Program-made: the position numbers and the translations under genes
Origin: Promethearchaeota archaeon
GTDB taxonomy: Archaea; Asgardarchaeota; Lokiarchaeia; Sigyniarchaeales; SOKP01
Reading direction: 5' to 3'
DNA: 17,821 bases
NCBI GenBank assembly: GCA_048938445.1
Contig: JBHLME010000081.1
Coordinates: 2,955 to 20,775, forward strand
The notes under the pieces: generated by a model
The model's input: only the letters and a program-made list of their open reading frames with translations
Told to the model about the DNA's origin: nothing
Databases searched by the model: none
In this document: piece by piece, positions 8,472 to 15,809 of the stretch
How positions within the stretch are numbered: position 1 is the stretch's first letter
Layout of the letters: every line of letters begins with the position of its first letter

Positions 8472-8723
8472 CTTTAATAGTAATATTAGTATTAACTTAT
8501 ATTAAAAGATTATATTAACATGAATGTACAGTCTATTTATATTGAGTAATTTAAAGACTTGTTATGATATTAATGTGATCTGAAATCTAATACAACTAAG
8601 GATAATTTAAGCATCAATTTTTGGTTCATTTCTAATAATTTTCTAAAATTTTTTAGATAATATTTTCAAAAAAACTGAAATATGATCATTAATTTGATAT
8701 AGTATAAAATATTCTCAATAATA

Positions 8724-8730
8724 TTTTATA
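8724..8730 (+). promoter_or_regulatory. Putative TATA box (TTTTATA) for tRNA-Trp
   Basis: Lies 22-28 nt upstream of tRNA position 1 (8752). The AT-rich background lowers specificity. Confidence 0.4.
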
Positions 8731-8751
8731 CCAATTGGATTTAAAGGCCTT

Positions 8752-8887
8752 GGGAGCGTGGCGAAGATTTTGCTTAGTTTCTAGGCATGATCGTAACCCG
8801 GTATCGCGGCAGGCTCCAGATAATGGTTCGGAAAATATTTTCGAAGAAGAAACTTGTTGGTCGTCGGTTCAAATCCGGCCGCTCCCA
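8752..8887 (+). tRNA. trnW: tRNA-Trp(CCA) with two introns (8767-8796 at 15/16; 8820-8851 at 37/38)
   Basis: Acceptor GGGAGCG(8752-8758)/CGCTCCC(8880-8886), discriminator A. D-stem GCGA/TCGC with spliced loop AG|CCCGGTA. Anticodon stem GCAGG/CTTGT with loop CT-CCA-G|A. T-arm GTCGG-TTCAAAT-CCGGC. CCA end not encoded; T-rich tract follows. Confidence 0.9.
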
Positions 8888-8965
8888 TTCTTTTATTCTT
8901 AATATAGGTTATATAAGAGACAAAAAAAGAAACCTTTAAAGGGACAAATTTGTTAACGAATAAAT

Positions 8966-9187
8966 ATGAACCAAAAATTATTTTTCGGTATTGGTGGTAT
9001 TGTAGCAATAATAGGTGTATATTTATTCATGAGTGGTATATCCCTCCTAATTCAACACTTTGGCTCTTCTATTTCTATATATCTAGAATGGGCATTTGTA
9101 CGGTTATTGGTTAGTATCCCATTTTTATTCATTGGATGTTTTTTAATTATTATCATATATCTCAAGACTAAAGGTAAAAATACTTAA
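8966..9187 (+). CDS. Small two-TM membrane protein
   Basis: 73 aa, two hydrophobic segments, basic C-terminus (KTKGK). Confidence 0.65.
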   Translation: MNQKLFFGIGGIVAIIGVYLFMSGISLLIQHFGSSISIYLEWAFVRLLVSIPFLFIGCFLIIIIYLKTKGKNT

Positions 9188-9242
9188 AGCATTTAATGGG
9201 TAGAAATAATTTTATAGTTCGTAAAATTCTCTTTACAGTCAT

Positions 9243-10298
9243 TTAGACACTTCCCATAGTAATTAATGATTGAATTTTTATCAAATAATTGAACATATCA
9301 TCAGTAACATCATTAACATTATCAATTTCAAGTTTAATTAATCTATCTTTTAGCGTTCCATAAATTATTTCTTTAAAACTCTTAAAACTAATCCGTGAAA
9401 ATTGCTTAAAAACGCCAATTTGTTCTTGAATTGCCAATTTGATCAATCCTCTTGCAGCAGTAGGGCTTAATTTTATTTTTTCAGCTAATTTTTCCCCTAA
9501 ATACTTGATAATTTCAGTTAATTCTTCTTGAGATAAATCCTTATCTATTATAGGTTCATATTCCTTGCGGAGAATCTTTTTAATTCGTTCAGGCAATAAC
9601 CAAGCAAATAAAAAACCTATAGATGTTATTGCTGATATAATCGAAATAAGAGCGAATACAATATAACTTTCTATTGAATTGAAAGTTCCGAATCTTACAT
9701 CAATTGGTTGAAATATGAGGATTATTTGATGAAGAGGAGCAATAAATGAGACTAATGAGATTAATTTATATCTAAATGTTATACAAGGATCAATGTCTTG
9801 CTTTTTTATTTCTTTATAAGCATGATATGATGAACCACCTAACCAAAAGAAAACCATTATGGCGCTAAAACAATCATGAGCAACTCTGATATAATGTATT
9901 TCAAGTGACGAATTATCCACTAATTTTAAAACACTTAACATTATCATTATTATAAAATTTATAAGAGAAAATATTAAGAAGATAATGGGAAGATAAGATT
10001 CACGATCTTGATGCAATATTATCGATTTTTGTTCTTTATGAAATGTTTCATTTGTAAATATAACGACCAATATCATGGAAAGACCTGTAAAAATTCTATC
10101 GACTACAGCATTCAAATCAAATAATATATCCCCTAACTGTCCTATAAAAATTAATAAAAATCCCAAACCTGCATAGAAAAGATTAATTAATTTTGTTTTA
10201 AAACTAGAAATTAATAGGTGAATGCTCACAATTGGAAAAATTCCAAGATATAATAAGATAAATAGAAAAAAAGTTAAATATAAGATTTCCAAATACAT
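9243..10298 (-). CDS. Seven-TM membrane protein fused to a ~100-aa helical C-terminal domain
   Basis: About seven hydrophobic segments in aa 1-236 ending FAWLLPERIKK, then a soluble domain (IIKYLGEKLAEKIKLSPTAARGLIKLAIQEQIG...). Confidence 0.75.
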   Translation of the reverse strand: MYLEILYLTFFLFILLYLGIFPIVSIHLLISSFKTKLINLFYAGLGFLLIFIGQLGDILFDLNAVVDRIFTGLSMILVVIFTNETFHKEQKSIILHQDRESYLPIIFLIFSLINFIIMIMLSVLKLVDNSSLEIHYIRVAHDCFSAIMVFFWLGGSSYHAYKEIKKQDIDPCITFRYKLISLVSFIAPLHQIILIFQPIDVRFGTFNSIESYIVFALISIISAITSIGFLFAWLLPERIKKILRKEYEPIIDKDLSQEELTEIIKYLGEKLAEKIKLSPTAARGLIKLAIQEQIGVFKQFSRISFKSFKEIIYGTLKDRLIKLEIDNVNDVTDDMFNYLIKIQSLITMGSV

Positions 10299-10452
10299 TT
10301 TAAAAGAAAAATCTTTTACGATTTAATAAAAGAATTATTAATATTTGAATAATTAATAAAAGATTAATGAATTAATTTCTATTTAAACATTCTTAAAAAC
10401 TTATCATTCCAATTTAGTGTTCTTTTAAAATTTTATTACATAATATCCTTTT

Positions 10453-10701
10453 TTAAAATTTTAAGGGAATTTCTTCATGTGAATTTAAAAAAAAATCATT
10501 TACAATAATAATTCTTTTAACAATTGTTCTTTTTTTAGTTTCAACATCAATTTGATGAATTTCGATTATACCCTCCTCCTCATCATTAAGGTGTTCCATG
10601 AATTCATCCAATACTTCTTCCATTGAGTACCCAGTAATCTTCCATTTTTCTGCATGTCTTCCTATAAAAATACCTTTATATGCTTTTTTATAAAGCTCCA
10701 T
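10453..10701 (-). CDS. Small hypothetical protein (82 aa)
   Basis: ATG-started ORF filling an otherwise intergenic AT-rich gap, globular composition, no recognised motif. Confidence 0.6.
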   Translation of the reverse strand: MELYKKAYKGIFIGRHAEKWKITGYSMEEVLDEFMEHLNDEEEGIIEIHQIDVETKKRTIVKRIIIVNDFFLNSHEEIPLKF

Positions 10702-10866
10702 GATATTATGAAAAAAAATTTTTATAATTCTTATACTAATTAAATTATTTTCTTCTATATATTTAAAGGGATATGGTATGATAGTGAACTATTTTATTTT
10801 CCCAAAAATAATTTAATCAAAAATGTATTAATGTAATAACATTATGCATTTTCACTAGTATTATTA

Positions 10867-11664
10867 CTATAAAATCAGTCTTTCCTTACATAGTTCAATA
10901 GCTCTAGGATTATTATCCACGCCAATCCATTTTCTTCCTAAACGTTTAGCTATAGCTAAAGTGGTACCAGATCCACAAAAGAAGTCCGCTATTAAATCAC
11001 CTTCGTTTGAAGAGGCTAAAATTATGCGTTTTAATAATTTCTCTGGTTTTTGAGTAGGATACCCGAAATACTCTTTTGACCTCGTTCTTGTTTGATATGA
11101 ATAAATATCATTCCAAACATCACCAATTAATTTTCCTGGTTTTTCATCTAAATACTGTTTTCCCCCTCTTCGTTTTCTATAACGTCTTCCATCTTCATCT
11201 TTATATATAAACATTTTTTTAACATAATCTTTGCTATAGGGGATATATTGCTTGTTAAATGTGAATTCATCGGATTTTGTATAATATAAGATGGAATCAT
11301 GTTGACGTACCCAACCTTTCACTTGACTCTTGAATCCAGAAACACTTCCAACATTCCATACAATTTCTCTCCTAAAATTATTCTTGCCAAAAATATCATC
11401 ACTTAATTTTTTTAGTTCAAATAATGCATTACTATCACAATGACAATAAAAACTTCCTGAATTTTTAAGAATTCGGTGCATTTCCTTGATCCTAATCCTC
11501 ATGAATTCTAAATATTCTTCCATTGATGACCATAGATCTGAAAATTCTTTATAATCAACTCCACTGAAGAAAGGAGGATCAATATAGATTAAATCAATCA
11601 ACTCTGATTCTATCTCTTTAATAAAATCTAAATTATCTGCTAAATATACTTGGTTAAATTTCAA
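10867..11664 (-). CDS. Site-specific DNA methyltransferase (N6-adenine/N4-cytosine, beta-class motif order), orphan
   Basis: Motif IV LIYIDPPF near the N-terminus, YPTQKPEKLL, and motif I DFFCGSGTT near the C-terminus. Confidence 0.93.
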   Translation of the reverse strand: MKFNQVYLADNLDFIKEIESELIDLIYIDPPFFSGVDYKEFSDLWSSMEEYLEFMRIRIKEMHRILKNSGSFYCHCDSNALFELKKLSDDIFGKNNFRREIVWNVGSVSGFKSQVKGWVRQHDSILYYTKSDEFTFNKQYIPYSKDYVKKMFIYKDEDGRRYRKRRGGKQYLDEKPGKLIGDVWNDIYSYQTRTRSKEYFGYPTQKPEKLLKRIILASSNEGDLIADFFCGSGTTLAIAKRLGRKWIGVDNNPRAIELCKERLIL

Positions 11665-11701
11665 TGTGAGAATTTAATAGCATTGCAAATTAATAAATAT
11701 T

Positions 11702-12094
11702 ATGGAAAAAGAGCGATTAAATGATACCTTTTTGCGAGAATTTGAAAATTATGATTTTTTATGCATCAAAGAGGAAAAAATATTTCTCGTTGGGTCAAAT
11801 ACAAGAGCTAAAGATTATTTTATAAAAGTTGAATCAATATTACAAGTAAAATACAAAAAATTGGTTTCAATTTGTTCAATTGATGGGCTTTTACATAAAG
11901 ATGAGTTTTCAAATGAAGAATGGGAGATCCTTCAAGTAATAGCTCTTAATAAATTAAAAGACCAAGATGCAATATTAGTGTTAGATGTTGATAATTATAT
12001 TGGTGATCATTCGCGTGAAGAAATCGAATATTTTGGGAATAAACTTAAAAGAACCGTATATTATTTATCCGAATTACGTAAAATTGAAAAATAA
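11702..12094 (+). CDS. Hypothetical protein, nucleoside-deoxyribosyltransferase (NDT)-like fold
   Basis: IFLVGS...F...E..L at the start and KLKDQDAILVLDVDNYIGDHSREEIEYF...VYY at the end follow the NDT-like pattern (DAIxV....G...EIxYA). Confidence 0.55.
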   Translation: MEKERLNDTFLREFENYDFLCIKEEKIFLVGSNTRAKDYFIKVESILQVKYKKLVSICSIDGLLHKDEFSNEEWEILQVIALNKLKDQDAILVLDVDNYIGDHSREEIEYFGNKLKRTVYYLSELRKIEK

Positions 12095-12152
12095 TTAATT
12101 GTTAATTTAATGATATTTAGTAAGAATTTTAAAAAACATAGTTTAAGAGAGG

Positions 12153-12938
12153 TTGTATGCTATTTTATTGAATTATATCATCGGAAGTGCTGGAAGTGGA
12201 AAATCAACTCTCACGGGAAACCTGAAAGAATATATTTTAGATAGAAATCCTGAAACTTCTGCCATAACAATGAATTTAGACCCAGGAGTAAAGTCAATGC
12301 CCTATATTCCAGATATAGATATTCGAGATCACATAATATTAGATGAAGTAATGGAAGAATATGGATTAGGCCCAAATGGAGCAATTATTTTAGCTTCAGA
12401 TCTAATGGTCAATTACTTGGATGACTTAAAGGATGAAATAGATGAATACAATGCAGATTGGGTTATAGTAGATACAGCAGGACAACTGGAGCTTTTCGCT
12501 TTTAGAGAAACTGGGCCATTAATAGCAAGTTCATTAGGATTTGGTTCTATAAAAAAGTGCGTAACTTTTCTTTTTGATTCAAATTTTGTATTAAGGCCTA
12601 ATGGATTTATTTCCACTTTATTATTAGCCGCTTCCGTGCAATTTCGCTTCAGGAATATTGCTCAAATAAATTTATTATCAAAAATAGATTTATTAGATGA
12701 AGATCAAATAGAAATGATTGTGAACTGGAGCCAAGACTTTCAGGCACTAGAAGATTCTACAAGTGAAAGAGAAGCAGGATTAATAAGAGAGTTATCTATG
12801 TTAATCTCTGAAGTTTTTATTCAATTAGGTTCGACAGCAGAATTAATTCCTTGTTCAACAAGAGAAGAGAATGGTCTCTCATTTTTATTTGGATATTTAC
12901 AACGAATATTTGATTCTGACGAATCAAAATTTTATTAA
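12153..12938 (+). CDS. GPN-loop GTPase (ATP_bind_1 family); start uncertain (TTG 12153, ATT 12162 or TTG 12168)
   Basis: P-loop GSAGSGKST, NLDPG, GLGPNG signature, DTAGQ (G3), SKID (G4). Confidence 0.93.
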   Translation: MYAILLNYIIGSAGSGKSTLTGNLKEYILDRNPETSAITMNLDPGVKSMPYIPDIDIRDHIILDEVMEEYGLGPNGAIILASDLMVNYLDDLKDEIDEYNADWVIVDTAGQLELFAFRETGPLIASSLGFGSIKKCVTFLFDSNFVLRPNGFISTLLLAASVQFRFRNIAQINLLSKIDLLDEDQIEMIVNWSQDFQALEDSTSEREAGLIRELSMLISEVFIQLGSTAELIPCSTREENGLSFLFGYLQRIFDSDESKFY

Positions 12939-12994
12939 ATAAAATATTTTAAAATAATAAATAATCAAATTACGATAGAATTAAAATTTAAATA

Positions 12995-14095
12995 ATGAAG
13001 ATAATAGGTCCAATAGCAGGAATTGGCTCGAGATTACGTCCTTTTACGTTAAATAAGCCTAAAGCATTCTTAACTGTTGCTGGGAAGACCGTTTTAGATC
13101 ATATCCTTGAAAAATTTAAAGATACTTTTGATTCTAAAACAGAACTAATTCTTATTGTTGGATATAAAAAGCGTCAAATTATTAATTATTTAAAGGAAAA
13201 AGAATATGAAAAATATTTCAATCTAACTTTTATAGAACAAATACCTCGGGGTTATGAAGAAAATATTCCCTATTATTGGGGCCTTGGAGAGGCGGTATAT
13301 TTAACTAATAAAAGATTTAAAGGTAATGATATCAAAACTCCCGAAGACAATAAAAGAAATGGAGCAATTGTTTTCTTAGGAGATATGATACCCCTTGATG
13401 ATTATTCCTACTTATTGTATAAATACTATCAATCTGATATTGATGGGATAATCACGGTCATGAAGGTCCCAAAGGAGGATGCTAGTTCATATGGCGTTGT
13501 TGAAGTTGATAAAAATAACATTATTCACAAATTAGTAGAAAAACCAAAAAATTTTATCTCAGACTTAGCAATCGCAGGTATATACGTGTTTTCTAATAAA
13601 ACAATTAAAATACTCTTTAAAAACATTAAAAAATATTTAGATCAAAGGAAGGATGATGGAAGGGAAGTCTATTTAACAGAGAGTTTACAAGACTTGGTAG
13701 ATCAAGGATTTAAAATTGAAGCAGTCGAGTTAAAGAAGGGAATTCTTGATTTTGGGAGGCCTTCTGAGGTCTTGAGAGGAAATAAATATTTAATTGATCA
13801 AAAACCTATAAAAAAAGAGGAATTTGCACAACTCCATATTACCTTTGAGAAATCTTGGGTGAAAAATCCCGTTTATATAGGAGAAAATACAAAAATAATT
13901 AATTCTGTCATAGGACCTCACGTTTCAATTGGTAAAGGGTCCATCATTGCAAATTCAATTATTGGCAACTCCGTGATTGAAAAAAATGCGAGATTAAATA
14001 ATATAATTACAGAAAATTCAATTTTTGGGAGCAATGTTAGTATTGATGGGATTATAAAAGATAATTTAATAATTGGAGATAAAAGCGTATATTAA
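12995..14095 (+). CDS. Sugar-phosphate nucleotidyltransferase (glucose-1-phosphate thymidylyltransferase-like) with C-terminal left-handed beta-helix
   Basis: AGIGSRLRPFT..KPK, FLGD, YGVV, LVEKP, GIYVF, DFG, then hexapeptide repeats (PVYIGENTKIINSVIGPHVSIG). Confidence 0.9.
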   Translation: MKIIGPIAGIGSRLRPFTLNKPKAFLTVAGKTVLDHILEKFKDTFDSKTELILIVGYKKRQIINYLKEKEYEKYFNLTFIEQIPRGYEENIPYYWGLGEAVYLTNKRFKGNDIKTPEDNKRNGAIVFLGDMIPLDDYSYLLYKYYQSDIDGIITVMKVPKEDASSYGVVEVDKNNIIHKLVEKPKNFISDLAIAGIYVFSNKTIKILFKNIKKYLDQRKDDGREVYLTESLQDLVDQGFKIEAVELKKGILDFGRPSEVLRGNKYLIDQKPIKKEEFAQLHITFEKSWVKNPVYIGENTKIINSVIGPHVSIGKGSIIANSIIGNSVIEKNARLNNIITENSIFGSNVSIDGIIKDNLIIGDKSVY

Positions 14096-14259
14096 ATTAT
14101 TTTTTACTAATATTTATTGAAAAACTATAATTTAAAATTCAAAAAGATAATCATATATTAATAATAATAACAAGTTATTTAAGAAAAAATAGGAATGAAT
14201 AAAAGTATGAATTTTTTCTAATTATTTAAAAGTAATAAAAACCGGATGGATGAATAAAT

Positions 14260-15717
14260 TTGACTAATTATATTGCTTTCGATGGAGGCCATAAATGTAG
14301 AGGTAATATTGATGAAAACTATTCTCAATTAAAGGAGTTATTAAATTCAAATAATTTTGAATGTGTTAAATTTATTGATATGATCACTCAAAGCACGTTA
14401 AAACCATATGATATCTTGGTCTTTGCTTGCCCAGATTTTGCTAAAATCACGCCCCAAGAAATAAATGAAATGGAGGCTTGGGTCAAGAATGATGGGGGCG
14501 GATTGTTATTACTTTCTCATGCTGGTGGTGATAGGGGAAGAAGTAGCAATTTAAACGAATTAGCTGAACTTTTTGGGATTGCTTTTGAGAACGACCAAGT
14601 ATTAGATGACAAAAGTAATTTAGGACTAGAAAATTTACCTATAATCTATAATACAAATTTCAATCCACCGCATACTATAACAAATGATATAGACTCAATA
14701 TGTTATAGAGCTGGATGTTCTCTCAGTATAATTGGAGAGGGGGCTTTTGCAATTGCCACTTCTAATGAAACTTCTGATCCATTTCAAACACCATTAATAT
14801 GCATTTCCGAGATGGGAAATGGAAGAGTATGTGCAATAGGCAGTTATGAAATGTTTAGAAATAAAGTAGGAGGAGGACTTGGATATAAAGAACACACTAA
14901 TTTAGCATTGAATTTATTTAAATGGCTTGTTTCGGAAACTAGGTCTGATATAAGAATTAGCCAGGGGATTCAACCTCCATCAACTCAAGTTCGAGCGCCA
15001 ACTGAGCATTATCACGCAGCAGAACAACAAAATAGCCCAGGAAGGTCTGTAGACATTGATACCGCAAATATTAGTTATGATATTAGAATTTCAAAAAAAA
15101 GTGAATTAATGGCTCTTTTAAAACTCTTTTCTGATCAAATTCATACGATTCAAAAAACTATTGATGTTCTTATTGAAAAAGTAGCACTTGAAGATGATGC
15201 AACTTTTCAAGGGGCTTCTTATAGCCAAGCGACTTCTGATTATCAATACCAGCAAGAGGAATATCAAGATCAATATGAACAACAATATACCGATTATGAA
15301 CAGTATGATTCTAGTTATGAAGAATTAACTGGAGATGAAAGTTTTATAGACTATGAATACCAAACTCAAGGTAAACATACTTTATCTTCTCTTCCAGAAA
15401 GACCAAGTAGTTTAAAAGACGCAGAAGAACAATCTGAAACTTTATCAGCACCAAAATTTAAATCATCATCCAAATCTAAAGGAAAAAAAAGTGGATCTAG
15501 TGATGTAATTCCTGATACCGAATCACTTGAAGCAGAAAAGCAAAGTTTAGGGAGCAAGGTCAATTCTGTAAAAGAATTGATATCGTTTATTGATAAGAAG
15601 CATAAATCTGGGAAATTAGACGATAAATCTCATGATAAACAAATTAAAAAACTTGAGAAAGATCTTAACAAAGCCCAAAGTAGAATCGATGCGATTAATA
15701 AGATTCTTAAGAAATAA
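14260..15717 (+). CDS. GIFT (GldG/IFT52-like, GATase-I-like fold) domain protein with low-complexity linker and C-terminal coiled coil
   Basis: aa 1-~223: DILVFACP....TPQEI.....WV..GGGLLLL...GG......NLNELAELFGI.F.ND.V...GRV.AIGS.EMF......N...WL. Then Tyr/Gln/Glu-rich and Ser/Lys-rich segments and a charged helical C-terminus. TTG start after GGATGA. Confidence 0.7.
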   Translation: MTNYIAFDGGHKCRGNIDENYSQLKELLNSNNFECVKFIDMITQSTLKPYDILVFACPDFAKITPQEINEMEAWVKNDGGGLLLLSHAGGDRGRSSNLNELAELFGIAFENDQVLDDKSNLGLENLPIIYNTNFNPPHTITNDIDSICYRAGCSLSIIGEGAFAIATSNETSDPFQTPLICISEMGNGRVCAIGSYEMFRNKVGGGLGYKEHTNLALNLFKWLVSETRSDIRISQGIQPPSTQVRAPTEHYHAAEQQNSPGRSVDIDTANISYDIRISKKSELMALLKLFSDQIHTIQKTIDVLIEKVALEDDATFQGASYSQATSDYQYQQEEYQDQYEQQYTDYEQYDSSYEELTGDESFIDYEYQTQGKHTLSSLPERPSSLKDAEEQSETLSAPKFKSSSKSKGKKSGSSDVIPDTESLEAEKQSLGSKVNSVKELISFIDKKHKSGKLDDKSHDKQIKKLEKDLNKAQSRIDAINKILKK

Positions 15718-15809
15718 TAAGGAATTCTAAATTTTAAGCGAAATTTTTTATCTTAAATAAATTTATTTTATAATTTTATTTAAAAATCTTTACTATAGCA
15801 ATGAAATTA

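Noticed and set aside
8781-9008. 75-aa minus-strand ORF (…MGAAGFEPTT…)
   Set aside because: Typical antisense translation of a tRNA T-arm; overlaps tRNA-Trp.
9243-10298. Rhodopsin identity for the 7TM protein
   Set aside because: No Lys in the seventh TM segment and no rhodopsin motif.
8860-12094. Integrated element at the tRNA-Trp 3' end carrying the methyltransferase
   Set aside because: No duplicate of the tRNA 3' end and no integrase seen in the window; composition resembles the flanks.
12413-12616. 67-aa minus-strand ORF
   Set aside because: Antisense to the GPN GTPase.
15366-15563. 65-aa minus-strand ORF
   Set aside because: Antisense to the low-complexity part of the GIFT-domain gene.
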